Below are positions 29,449-39,487 of a stretch of DNA of 64,000 nucleotides, in pieces. The DNA comes from Candidatus Latescibacterota bacterium. GTDB lineage: Bacteria > Latescibacterota > UBA2968. The notes beneath the pieces were generated by a model, which saw nothing but the letters and a program-made list of their open reading frames with translations, did no database searches and was not told where the DNA came from. The stretch is taken from positions 5,440,001 to 5,504,000 of the forward strand of contig OZ241986.1 in the NCBI GenBank assembly GCA_965204375.1. Reading direction: 5' to 3'. How positions within the stretch are numbered: position 1 is the first letter of the stretch; each line of letters opens with the position of its first letter. The translations under genes and the position numbers were made by a program.

Positions 29449-29856
29449 TATTGTGGTTTGTAGGGGCGACCCCCTGTGGTCGCCCGCTGACTGCTGCCCG
29501 CAGTCTCCGTGCCTTCGTCATCGCGGCATGCTTTAAGCCGCGATCCAGGAGGTTTTTGCTGACCAATATAATTTTAATGTTGCGGTACAACGACATATAG
29601 AGTTTTTTGTGATCGCGCCTTTTACTCTGTTCATCCCTGCTTACACCCGCAGGGACATGTCTGTGGTTGCTTTTATTGCTTTTGATTTTTATCCTGTAAA
29701 TCCTATAATCCTGTAAATCCTGATTCAGACAGTTTTTTGCCGTTTCATCTGTGGCTGCATTTTGGGGGGGCGGAGCGGGGTTCGTTGATGAACTGGCCTG
29801 AGAGGCGGCCAGTTGTACACCGTTCCGTCTATTCGTTGATTCGCCAAGGAGATCTC

Positions 29857-30852
29857 ATGCGTCAATACGATGTGTATGGGCTGGGCAATGCGCTGGTGGA
29901 TATTCAGTTTCGGGTCGATCCGTCGTTTTTTGAGGCGATGGAGATTGACAAGGGTGTGATGACGCTGATTGACGGAGACCGCCAGCGCGCGTTGATCGAT
30001 GCTTTGGGCGGGAAAGAGATGGCGCGTTCGTCGGGCGGTTCGGCAGCCAATACGATGATCGCGCTGGCCAATTGTGGTGGGAGGGGTTATTACGGGTGTA
30101 AGGTGGCTGAGGATGCAGATGGCGAGTTTTATCTTAGCGATCTCAATACTGCGGGGGTGGCGTGTAATCCATCACATCGCGGGCAAGGGGTTACGGGCAA
30201 GTGTCTGGTGATGATTACGGAGGATGCGGATCGCACGATGAATACATTTTTGGGGATTACGAGTACGTTTGGTGTGGCGCAGGTTGAGGATGCTGTGATT
30301 GCCGACAGCCAATTTATTTATATCGAGGGCTATCTAATTGCGGCAGACGATGGCTTTGAAGCGGCACAGGCGGCGCAAAAGGTGGCGCAGACGCACGGTA
30401 CAAAGGTCGCGCTTACCCTGAGTGATCCGTCTATTGTGGCTGCTTTTAAGGATAGGATGGCTGCGCTGGTGGATGCAGGCGTGGATATGCTGTTTTGCAA
30501 TGAAGATGAGGGTAGGATATTTACTGGTGCTGAGACGACAGAAGATGCTTTTGATGCGTTGCGACAACGAGTGGGCGGTTTGGCTTTGACGTATGGTGCT
30601 GAGGGTGCTCGGATTTGCGACGGTGGTGATGTGTTTCACGCGCCGGGTTTTGTGGTAGATGCTGTGGATACCAATGGCGCGGGCGACTCATTTGCCGGGG
30701 CGTATTTGTTTGCTGTGACCCGGGGGTATGACACGGCTCAGGCTGCGAGGCTCGCAACCTATGTTTCCTCGCGCGTTGTCGCCAAATACGGTCCGCGTTT
30801 TGAAAGGAAAATGAGTGGGACAGAGATCAACCGGATTTTGAAAATGCGTTAA
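29857..30852 (+). CDS. PfkB family kinase (adenosine kinase-like)
   Basis: GLGNALVD, SGGSAANT, DTNGAGDSFAGA; start ATG29857 after SD AAGGAG. Confidence 0.9.
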   Translation: MRQYDVYGLGNALVDIQFRVDPSFFEAMEIDKGVMTLIDGDRQRALIDALGGKEMARSSGGSAANTMIALANCGGRGYYGCKVAEDADGEFYLSDLNTAGVACNPSHRGQGVTGKCLVMITEDADRTMNTFLGITSTFGVAQVEDAVIADSQFIYIEGYLIAADDGFEAAQAAQKVAQTHGTKVALTLSDPSIVAAFKDRMAALVDAGVDMLFCNEDEGRIFTGAETTEDAFDALRQRVGGLALTYGAEGARICDGGDVFHAPGFVVDAVDTNGAGDSFAGAYLFAVTRGYDTAQAARLATYVSSRVVAKYGPRFERKMSGTEINRILKMR

Positions 30853-30866
30853 CCTTACACATCAAT

Positions 30867-31000
30867 GTAGGGGCGAGGCATGCCTCGCCCGTGTCCGTCA
30901 TCGCGGCGTGTTTTTGAGCCGCGATCCACATCAATCAAGCCCATTAATAGTGCCGTCATCGCGGCAAGGTTTTAGCCGCGATCCAGAAGGTTTTGGTTGT
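30867..31000. repeat. Composite REP cluster (one family B plus two family A units)
   Basis: GTAGGGGCGAGGCATGCCTCGCCC followed by two CGTCATCGCGGC...GCCGCGATCC units. Confidence 0.75.
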
Positions 31001-31386
31001 GATTTTTTTGAAGACCAGTGAGTTCTATAAATCAAAATATTTGTCCTGTTACAAATTTTAACAAACTTTTCCTTGACAAGGTTGTTTTAACTCTTTTATT
31101 CCTATTTGCTTACGCTTAATATCATATTTTAGAAGTTCTTATTTTTCGCATTGCATTTCATAAGATTTCGGAATCTGATATTTTCATAAATTATTGTTCT
31201 ATAATGAGATATATGTAGTTCCGTACACGAAAAATCAAAAAATTCTCGATTTTTAACACGGTTTTGGATACTTTTTGGGAAGAATAATTTGTCTTGCCAA
31301 GTGCTTTATAAATCGTTTGTTTTGCCTTTTATTTGGCATTATAATGTCCTCTCTGTTTTGCTCACCCCAAACCCAAGGAGGCACTT

Positions 31387-32202
31387 TTGAAAAGATTTTT
31401 AATTTTGTATGCCGGGGTATTCTTATTTGCTGTATCTTCCGTTGATGCCCGCGATGCAGACCTGTGGGCTATTGGCGGATTGGTGAACTATCACCAGCCG
31501 ACGGGTCCTTTAAATGGCTGGTATGCTGGTGATTTGAAGTTCGGCTTGAATGTGAGTTATGTGGTTTCTCCGCGTTTGACCACAGAGGTGGAGTATCACT
31601 ACTCGAAGTTTCGCAATTCAAATCTGCCCGGCCGCACGTTCGAATATAGAGGTCGTCAGGTTCCAAGTCCTCAGGCGGATTCGGAGATGACCTGGAATAG
31701 CGTGGCCTCGAACTGGCTGTGGTTTTTCAGGGAAAATGCCGAGACCATGTCCGAACGGAAGTGGTCGCCTTATCTGGGGTTGGGCCTGGGTTTTTACGAT
31801 TATAGCCACAGGGTGAAGCATGGCTTGATTATCCCAACCAATCCCAATATTCCAGAAGAAGTGGATCGCGGCGGCGTGCAAGTTCTGCTGGTGTATCCCG
31901 GGAGTCCGGACTTAGATGCTTCGACTATGACCGAAGCGCAAAAGAAAAGCATCGGTCTGCTTGTCAATGGTCAGGTGTTATTGTATGGGAAGGAACCCAC
32001 AGAGGATACGCGTACAGCCTGGACGATTCCCGTGAGTGCGGGTATTGAGGGATCGCTGGGTTCTTCTTATGGGCTTGATTTTCGCGTGCGCTACAATCTC
32101 GTCTTTGGCGAGATCAATCCATTGACCGCCTGGGGAATGCACAAGGCGTTTCCGATAGGTACAGTGGATGCTGGCGTGAGTTTTAAATATTATTTTGAGT
32201 AA
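31387..32202 (+). CDS. Small outer-membrane beta-barrel protein
   Basis: Signal peptide; SPYLGLGLG and alternating beta strands; C-terminal GVSFKYYFE; TTG start after SD AAGGAGG. Confidence 0.75.
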   Translation: MKRFLILYAGVFLFAVSSVDARDADLWAIGGLVNYHQPTGPLNGWYAGDLKFGLNVSYVVSPRLTTEVEYHYSKFRNSNLPGRTFEYRGRQVPSPQADSEMTWNSVASNWLWFFRENAETMSERKWSPYLGLGLGFYDYSHRVKHGLIIPTNPNIPEEVDRGGVQVLLVYPGSPDLDASTMTEAQKKSIGLLVNGQVLLYGKEPTEDTRTAWTIPVSAGIEGSLGSSYGLDFRVRYNLVFGEINPLTAWGMHKAFPIGTVDAGVSFKYYFE

Positions 32203-32280
32203 ATAGAGATTCAGTTTTTCACACGGGAGGGCGTGGGAAACTGGACTATCCCACTCACCATTTTTTATGGAGGGTCGTAC

Positions 32281-35200
32281 ATGAGTAAGCGATTATTGTG
32301 TTGTCTGGGTCTGTTGGTCGCGCTGGCGATCAGCACCGGATTGGCAGAAGCGGCCACAACGGGTAAAATCAGTGGACGGGTCACTGAGATTACAGGTGAT
32401 CCACTGCCCGGTGCCAATGTGGTGATCGATATCGATGGCGTGAAACGCGCCGGGATCACCGATGGGGAGGGCGAATACTTCATCATCAATATTCCTCCGG
32501 GAACCTATGATATTGAAACTGTGATGATGGGGTACACAAAGTCTGTTCGCACAGGTGTGGTGGTCAATGTTGACCATACCACGACGGTGAACTTCGTGAT
32601 GCAGGAAGAAACGCTCGAATTGGACGAGATGATTGTCGTTGCCGAGCGTCCGCCAGTGGAGCACGACAAGACGGAGAGCAAAGCGGTCATTACGGCAGAA
32701 GAAATCGAGTCTTTGCCAATTGTGCGCGAGATGTCGGACTTTGTGGAGTTGCAGGCGGGCGTGACCCCCGACGAGGCGGAGAGTGTTCGCGGTGGCAACT
32801 TCTGGGAGACGGCGTATATGGTCGATGGGGTGCGCGTAGTGAATAACGATGCGCGTGCCGGATTTACGCGTTTTCAGGGTGTGAACACGAGTGCCGTGCA
32901 AGAACTGACGGTGTTGACTGGTGGAATGAATGCGGAGTATGGCAATGCGGGTTCTGTCGTTTCGATCGTGACCAAAGAAGGTGGTCAGAGGTACACGGGT
33001 AGGGGCGAATATCGCATTACGCCGCCTGGACAGAAGCACTGGGGAGCAAATGTGTATGAAGCGCCCGTGCATCGCGGCAGAATGCAGTGGGGCAATGCCG
33101 AGTGGGAAAACTTGCAGGCGTGGTACCCCGGTCCCGATGGGATATTGGGGCGCGACAATCAGACGGGCGAGATAACTGATCCCCAGTTTGCCGCCGACGA
33201 TGTTCAGCGCAAGGTTCACGTACGTCAGGATTACACGGGTGTGTGGGGTGGTCGCGGCGAAGCCATGCTGGGCGGTCCGATTATGAGAAGGATTGGCTTC
33301 ACGGTGACATCTTCGACAAATCGCAATCCATCGGCTTTTCCCGCGCCCACGTCGGTATCACTGCCCAACAACCGCACGAACTTCAGGCTGACGTATCGCC
33401 CGGGTAACAACGTCAAATTTAACTATGGGTCTCTGTTCAATCAGCGTTCTCGGTACAATGCGGGCGTTATTCGGCGCATTGAACAGGGTGCGCGCAAGAA
33501 TATGAACTCTTCTGGTCGCAACCTCTTTGTGCCTGACGAATACTCGGGGGCGGGCAAGCGGCGCACGCGCGATTTTCTGAATTACGCGTCTTTGACGCAT
33601 ACGCTGTCGGCGCGCACTTTTTACGAAATTCGATTCTCGTATTCGCGCACATCTGAAATAAATACAGAAGTGCCGTTCAATACAGGCCAGCCTTATGTCG
33701 AGCCGGGTATTGGCAATAACTCTGGCTGGTTTTACGTTGGCCGCCCGGTGGTGAACTGGACAAATTCAAAGCGCGACCGCTATCAGCTCAAGGTCGATTA
33801 TTCGAGCCAGGTGACCAAGGGACACTTCATTAAAGCGGGTATTGACTTTTTGTTCTACGACAACTGGGGTTTCACCCGCAACAAAAACGACTTCAGGGGC
33901 CTGGTTGAGCAGTATTACAGCCAGTTTAACAATCCCGAGGTCGGCGTGGTACCGCGTCAGTATGCCGTGTATTTCCAGGACAAAATGGAGTTTGAGGGGA
34001 TTGTGGTGAATATGGGCTTGCGCGGCTTGCGCTGGAGCCCGAATACCGAGATGCCACAGGCAGAACATTTTATTCCGTTTTACAGATATCACGATCCGAC
34101 AAAGATCGAGAATATTCCGACCTATCGTCCGGGAGCAATCCATGTGCTGTCGCCGCGCGTGGGTGTGTCGCATCCGATTACGGAGAGCAGCGCGATGCAC
34201 TTCACCTTTGGCAAGTTTGAACAAATTGAGCAGTTCAGGTGGATCTTCTCTCACAGTTACCGCACCGAAGAGGAGTTTCTGGATTTGAACCAGAATGGTC
34301 GGATTGACCCGTCTGAGATAAACAACTCACTGGATGTTGTGGATGCGGGGCAGTGGGGTTGGCCGAAGATCAAGCCACTGGTGACCACGAGTTTTGAAGT
34401 GGGTGCAGACTGGAACTTCATCACGGATTACACGGCGGGTTTGACGGCGTATTACAAGCAACAGGTTTTCCGCCGTAGCGGTGGCGCTTACGGGATTCAG
34501 GAGCAGGGTTTGCAGCACAACCGAACCGTGCGGGCATCGGGTCAGACGAATAACCGGGACACGCGCGGCTTTGAGTTGTCGGTCAAAAAGAAATTCAACT
34601 ACATGACGGCGTTCACGATTGCCTACAATGTGCAGTGGGTTGAAAATGGCAACTCGGGCGTTCGCGGCAATCACTACATCTCTCCAGACAGACTGGCGAC
34701 CAAGAATCCGTCGAACTTTGGCAATTATGCCGGCTATATCGACAACGATGGCAACTTTTTGACGCATTACTGGTATGAGTGGACACACGATTCCAATGGC
34801 GATGGCGATTTTGTTGGCGATGGTGTTGCCGGTCTCGGTATCGTCAATGGCAGCGATACGGGCGAAGAGTTCCCGCGACCCATGGATGGTATTACGCGCT
34901 TTGAGCGGGCACGGGCTTTTGGCAACCAGGCGATCAACCGGGTTGAGCTACTCGAAATGGGGACAGGAGTGAATAACTGGTCGCTGGATGAAGAAAACAG
35001 CCTGATCAACTGGGACGGCAAAGGTGCCGCAACCTGGTTACAGCGCAACAACCAGTCTCAGGAGTTTCGGCCCGCCAATTTGAACCGAACCAATTTCGGC
35101 ACGGTGACCTTTATGTTTTCGTCGCCTGGAAAATTTGGTCCGCGGTTTGTGGGCTTCCACCCATTTGAAAATCTGCGTCTGAATGCGGTGTATCGCCTGT

Positions 35201-35556
35201 TCACGGGGCGCAGGTTTTTCTATTCACCGCCGGGAAGAGGCGGCGAAGGGTTCTACAATGGCCCGATTCACACGCGCACAGATATCAATTTTGAGAAGAC
35301 ATTTAGATTTAACAGGCGCGCGAGCGTGACGGCTTTCTTCGAAGCCTTTAATCTGTTCAATCAGAAAGACCCGCACATCAGCTATCGCGTGGATAATCAG
35401 CTGGTGGAAGTGGGGGCTGAATACGTGGAATGGGGTGTGATTTACACGCCACTGCCGGATAACCCCGAATATATCACTTATGGCGATGTGGGTGATTATC
35501 TGCGCCAGCAGGATTCACCTCGCGAGTTCCACTTTGGTTTGAGAGCGAGATTCTAA
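32281..35556 (+). CDS. TonB-dependent receptor with carboxypeptidase-regulatory-like N-domain
   Basis: TTGKISGRV, VRGG...YMVDG, VQELTVLTGGMNAEYGNA plug, SPRVGVSHPIT, ends LRARF. Confidence 0.9.
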   Translation: MSKRLLCCLGLLVALAISTGLAEAATTGKISGRVTEITGDPLPGANVVIDIDGVKRAGITDGEGEYFIINIPPGTYDIETVMMGYTKSVRTGVVVNVDHTTTVNFVMQEETLELDEMIVVAERPPVEHDKTESKAVITAEEIESLPIVREMSDFVELQAGVTPDEAESVRGGNFWETAYMVDGVRVVNNDARAGFTRFQGVNTSAVQELTVLTGGMNAEYGNAGSVVSIVTKEGGQRYTGRGEYRITPPGQKHWGANVYEAPVHRGRMQWGNAEWENLQAWYPGPDGILGRDNQTGEITDPQFAADDVQRKVHVRQDYTGVWGGRGEAMLGGPIMRRIGFTVTSSTNRNPSAFPAPTSVSLPNNRTNFRLTYRPGNNVKFNYGSLFNQRSRYNAGVIRRIEQGARKNMNSSGRNLFVPDEYSGAGKRRTRDFLNYASLTHTLSARTFYEIRFSYSRTSEINTEVPFNTGQPYVEPGIGNNSGWFYVGRPVVNWTNSKRDRYQLKVDYSSQVTKGHFIKAGIDFLFYDNWGFTRNKNDFRGLVEQYYSQFNNPEVGVVPRQYAVYFQDKMEFEGIVVNMGLRGLRWSPNTEMPQAEHFIPFYRYHDPTKIENIPTYRPGAIHVLSPRVGVSHPITESSAMHFTFGKFEQIEQFRWIFSHSYRTEEEFLDLNQNGRIDPSEINNSLDVVDAGQWGWPKIKPLVTTSFEVGADWNFITDYTAGLTAYYKQQVFRRSGGAYGIQEQGLQHNRTVRASGQTNNRDTRGFELSVKKKFNYMTAFTIAYNVQWVENGNSGVRGNHYISPDRLATKNPSNFGNYAGYIDNDGNFLTHYWYEWTHDSNGDGDFVGDGVAGLGIVNGSDTGEEFPRPMDGITRFERARAFGNQAINRVELLEMGTGVNNWSLDEENSLINWDGKGAATWLQRNNQSQEFRPANLNRTNFGTVTFMFSSPGKFGPRFVGFHPFENLRLNAVYRLFTGRRFFYSPPGRGGEGFYNGPIHTRTDINFEKTFRFNRRASVTAFFEAFNLFNQKDPHISYRVDNQLVEVGAEYVEWGVIYTPLPDNPEYITYGDVGDYLRQQDSPREFHFGLRARF

Positions 35557-35628
35557 AGCTTAGCTTTCAGCGGTCAGCAATCAGCGGAAAAGCCGATTGC
35601 TGACCGCTATTTAATAAGGAGTTAGCTT

Positions 35629-38370
35629 ATGCAACGGATATTCAAAAGTGTTACGCGGGTGTTGCTCGCCTTTGTGGTGTTTTGGGGTGCATCGGAATTG
35701 TATATGATTATCGATGCCGACGCGCAGCAACGCACGCGCCGCCGCACGACCAACCGCGGAAAACTCTGGTTGTCGATGCGCAATAATGGTACCCTGGGGC
35801 ACTCGCTGGATGGTGGCAGCACCTTTGGCGTCGAAGTGGGCATGTCTTATCCTGGGCGGTGGATATCGACCTATCGGGCGGGCCTTGTGAACCGCGTGAA
35901 TCGGCCGGACAATTCGCGGGGCAATGGCATGTGGGTGATGGCGCGCACAGACGATGGTCGCAAATTTGTATCTCAAGGAGGTCCCCGCCAGCCGTCCGCA
36001 GATATTTTCCCGATTCAGCACAATCCGCGCAATAATATCGAAAGCATTGCGTCGGTCTGGCGGTCTGTATGGCGCGGGGGACCATTTAATCTGTTCAATT
36101 ACGGACAGAGTGCCGCACGTTATTGGCCCCGCATGAGAAATATGAAGATCAAGTCCCACTTTGTGAATGGCGAGGCTGTGGAATTCCAGTATGGTCCCGC
36201 TACGGGGTTTGGTGGTCTGGGACAATACCGTTTTCCACCGGGACCAGACAAAGTGGAGCCAATGGATTATTACAACTGGGGCTATGGGTTTTATCCACTG
36301 AACAAAGAGGCGTTTAAGGAGATGCTGGTGTCGTCCTACAAAAGGGTGCGCGCCGGGTTGAATCAGATGCGGTCGAATGGGGTGAAGACCAATGATCCGC
36401 GTTTATCTCCCGAGTTGTTCAGTGAGAATACGATGGTGACGGGCTGGGCGCAGGCTTCGGGCATTACGGTGAAGCGGATGATCCATGCGTATTCCGCGCC
36501 GGGCACGGATAATGACGTGATGATCCCCGTGCCAACTCCCAAAGGCAAGCAGTCTTCGATTATGACCACGGGTGATTACGATGACTTTTTGCTCACGGAG
36601 ATCGAGTTCTGGAATAATGGCGATACAGATGGCGATGGCAAGGCCAATGCCGGATATCCCAAACAACTCGACGAAGTTTATATCGTGGTCAAGAACGGAT
36701 TTGTTCCCAACCAGACCGGTTCTGAGTGGGTGCCGGCTGGCGGTTCAAACTCGGCGGCGTGGAGGCTCATTCAGCCCTCGACGCAAGATGACTACTGGCG
36801 CTATACACAGGCGGATAATTACGATCATCCGGAATACGCTTTCAACTACAAGGGCGCGCCCATGCATCTGACTTATGTATATGATGGCGATGCCGTTGCC
36901 CGCCTGTGGAATGACTACGGGGAGCCTTATACCCGATCCCGCGCACAGCATCAGTATGTGTCATCGTCCAATATTAAAGATGGCACGTTGCTTTCTCCGC
37001 AGTATATCGGGATGATGCCGATTGCAACGGGCACATCTGACCATCCCTACAATGCACTGGATCGAAAAGGCGGTTATGTGAAGCCGCAGGGGCCACAGCC
37101 CCACACTGTGTTCAGGTGGCGCATGTATTCTTCGGCTCTGGGCGATGATCCGCATGGCGGTACGCACGGCGAGAATCAGTTGTTTGACATCTACAGCGAT
37201 GCTGCCGGTGTGCTCGGAGAGCATGAGACCGATCGCATGGTGCAGCACCACGACAATGACGAATTGGGTGCGTGGATCGATGCACAGGTTTACGGTCCCT
37301 ATACCCTGGGTCCCGGCGACAAGGCCAAAGTCGTGATCGCCTATGTGGCGGGGATGGGGTCCAATTCGGCGAAGTATCGCATGGATACCGCGACTTACGC
37401 GCGTCCCTACGAGTGGAACTGGCAGCAGCAGGGCCAGGTCAACGAATTGGAACTGGGTCTGGAAGCGATCTATGCACACGGCAATGAAGCGCAAAAGCTG
37501 TATGATCTGGGCTTTGACGGGCTTAACCAGCCGCCCGATGTGAAGGTCAACGCGCTGACGAATCTGGATGGAAATATCGAAGTGGACTGGTCGGGCGTTG
37601 CCGATACGGCGATCGATCCGGATCTGGGTCGTCCCGATGTGCTGGGTTATCGGGTCTATCGCTCTGATTTTATGCGGGTTGGACCGTGGAAATTGCTGGC
37701 GACGATTCCCAAGGCTGTGGGACCCGAAGGCGAACGACAGTTGCCCTCAGATGCACCCCCGGGTGCTTCTTTTGACAATCAACCCTGGGCAGAAGGTCTG
37801 GAGGAACCTCACAGTATTGAGATCGATGGTCCTTTCCGCTGGGGCACCTACAGGTTTACTGATTCAGAACCCGATCTCGGTTTTATTTACCACTATTCTG
37901 TACGCGCGTTTGATGAGCAGGGTTTGGAAACCGGACACTCGGATGAGCGCAATCAGTATCGGTGGCACCCCAATGGCATTGTGCCGCGTTTGACCTCTGC
38001 ATTGCTCAACCATGAAAATGAGTCTATGTCGCTGCCGATCAGGGTGGTGCCCAATCCCTGGGTACAGGGCAGGGATGAGCACAGCTATGGCGCGCCTCGC
38101 ATCCGGTGGATCAATGTGCCGAGCAGGTGTACGCTGTACATTTACACGCTGACGGGCGATCTGGCCTGGCGTGATACATTTGATACACTCGATCCGCAGC
38201 GGGGGCGCCCTGTGGCGCGCGGCGAGATTGAATGGGATACGCATACGGTGGGCTTGAATGCCAATACGCGCGGTCGTCTCAATGCCGGTACGTACATCTG
38301 GGCGATTGAGTCGCACCATCCCGAGAGTTTGGGGCAGATCCAGAAGGGTCTGTTTGTGATTGTCAATTGA
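35629..38370 (+). CDS. Large secreted protein with FN3-like module and T9SS/FlgD-type C-terminal domain
   Basis: Signal peptide; VLGYRVYRS...YHYSVRAFD FN3-like region; CTD IRVVPNPW...IYTLTGDL...WD...AGTYIW...GLFVIVN. Confidence 0.75.
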   Translation: MQRIFKSVTRVLLAFVVFWGASELYMIIDADAQQRTRRRTTNRGKLWLSMRNNGTLGHSLDGGSTFGVEVGMSYPGRWISTYRAGLVNRVNRPDNSRGNGMWVMARTDDGRKFVSQGGPRQPSADIFPIQHNPRNNIESIASVWRSVWRGGPFNLFNYGQSAARYWPRMRNMKIKSHFVNGEAVEFQYGPATGFGGLGQYRFPPGPDKVEPMDYYNWGYGFYPLNKEAFKEMLVSSYKRVRAGLNQMRSNGVKTNDPRLSPELFSENTMVTGWAQASGITVKRMIHAYSAPGTDNDVMIPVPTPKGKQSSIMTTGDYDDFLLTEIEFWNNGDTDGDGKANAGYPKQLDEVYIVVKNGFVPNQTGSEWVPAGGSNSAAWRLIQPSTQDDYWRYTQADNYDHPEYAFNYKGAPMHLTYVYDGDAVARLWNDYGEPYTRSRAQHQYVSSSNIKDGTLLSPQYIGMMPIATGTSDHPYNALDRKGGYVKPQGPQPHTVFRWRMYSSALGDDPHGGTHGENQLFDIYSDAAGVLGEHETDRMVQHHDNDELGAWIDAQVYGPYTLGPGDKAKVVIAYVAGMGSNSAKYRMDTATYARPYEWNWQQQGQVNELELGLEAIYAHGNEAQKLYDLGFDGLNQPPDVKVNALTNLDGNIEVDWSGVADTAIDPDLGRPDVLGYRVYRSDFMRVGPWKLLATIPKAVGPEGERQLPSDAPPGASFDNQPWAEGLEEPHSIEIDGPFRWGTYRFTDSEPDLGFIYHYSVRAFDEQGLETGHSDERNQYRWHPNGIVPRLTSALLNHENESMSLPIRVVPNPWVQGRDEHSYGAPRIRWINVPSRCTLYIYTLTGDLAWRDTFDTLDPQRGRPVARGEIEWDTHTVGLNANTRGRLNAGTYIWAIESHHPESLGQIQKGLFVIVN

Positions 38371-38397
38371 TCATTGGTCATTATTGAGGAGCAAATT

Positions 38398-39405
38398 ATG
38401 AAACGTATGATCTGGATAGCAGCTATCGCGCTTTTTCTCAGCCCTCAAAGTGCCATGGCTCAACAAGAGACAAGCCTTCAGAATCTGCCGCCCGTATTGA
38501 CAGAACCGCATTATCGCTCGGAAGGCGATAAGGGCAACCGCATTGCGCGCAGTGGCTTCGCGCTTTTGAAGATTTCGGCGTCTGCGCGCCTGGCGGGTAT
38601 GGCCGACGCCAATGTGGGCACGTCGCGAGATATTCACTCGATATTCCAGAATGCAGCCGGGCTGGTGCATATCGACAATATGGCATATCTGGCCTCTTAT
38701 AACGAGTGGCTGGTGGGCACCAAGATGGGGGCTGCGGGTTTTGCCTATCGCATTCCCGTGGGCGTTGTGGGTGTTGCTTTTCGCTCGTTTACCTATCCCG
38801 ATGTGGAAGAGACCACGCCCTTGCAACCCAATGGCACGGGGCGGAACATCAAGCTCGGCGATTTTTCCGTTGCGGCGTCTTTTGCCAAGCAACTGACCGA
38901 TAAGTTTTCGATGGGTTTCCGCCTGCGCTATGTGCGGTCTCAGATTCACATCGTCAATGTGAGTTCCACGACATTTGATGTTGGTACGCTCTTTTACACG
39001 GGTTTCAGGAGTCTGCGCGTGGGCATGACCATGAGCAACCTGGGTGGGAATAAGGAAGTGCTAACCGAGGATTATCGCCTGCCGTTTTACTACAATCTGG
39101 CTGTTGCGATGGAATTGCTGGGCAAGCAGGGCGATCCGCTTTATCTGACGACTGCTTATGAGCACGTGTTTTTCCGCGACTATGGTGAGCGCGATCACAT
39201 TGGCGGTGAGTTGTGGATACAAAATATGCTGGCACTCCGCGCTGGTTATAAGTTCAGGTACGATGTGGAGACCTGGAGCGTGGGGGCGGGTATAAATCTC
39301 AATGTGAGCGAAGAGCGCAAGATAAATGTGGATGTTTCGTATAGCGATATCGGCGGTGCAATTAAAGAGCGACCGCTGCGTTTGACGCTTTCGGGAACGT
39401 TCTAA
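38398..39405 (+). CDS. PorV/PorQ family outer-membrane protein
   Basis: LLKISASARLAGMADA...IFQNAAGL PorV-like signature; FDVGTLF; LALRAGY; C-terminal Phe. Confidence 0.85.
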   Translation: MKRMIWIAAIALFLSPQSAMAQQETSLQNLPPVLTEPHYRSEGDKGNRIARSGFALLKISASARLAGMADANVGTSRDIHSIFQNAAGLVHIDNMAYLASYNEWLVGTKMGAAGFAYRIPVGVVGVAFRSFTYPDVEETTPLQPNGTGRNIKLGDFSVAASFAKQLTDKFSMGFRLRYVRSQIHIVNVSSTTFDVGTLFYTGFRSLRVGMTMSNLGGNKEVLTEDYRLPFYYNLAVAMELLGKQGDPLYLTTAYEHVFFRDYGERDHIGGELWIQNMLALRAGYKFRYDVETWSVGAGINLNVSEERKINVDVSYSDIGGAIKERPLRLTLSGTF

Positions 39406-39487
39406 GGTGTAGGGGACGGCCCCTGTGCCGTCCCGACGCTTGTAGGGGCGACCCTTGTGGTCGCCCGCCGACAGGAGGAATCACAAA

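Noticed and set aside
31000-31386. Possible cobalamin or TPP riboswitch before the TonB receptor cassette
   Set aside because: AT-rich with no conserved aptamer motifs seen; only promoter-like hexamers.
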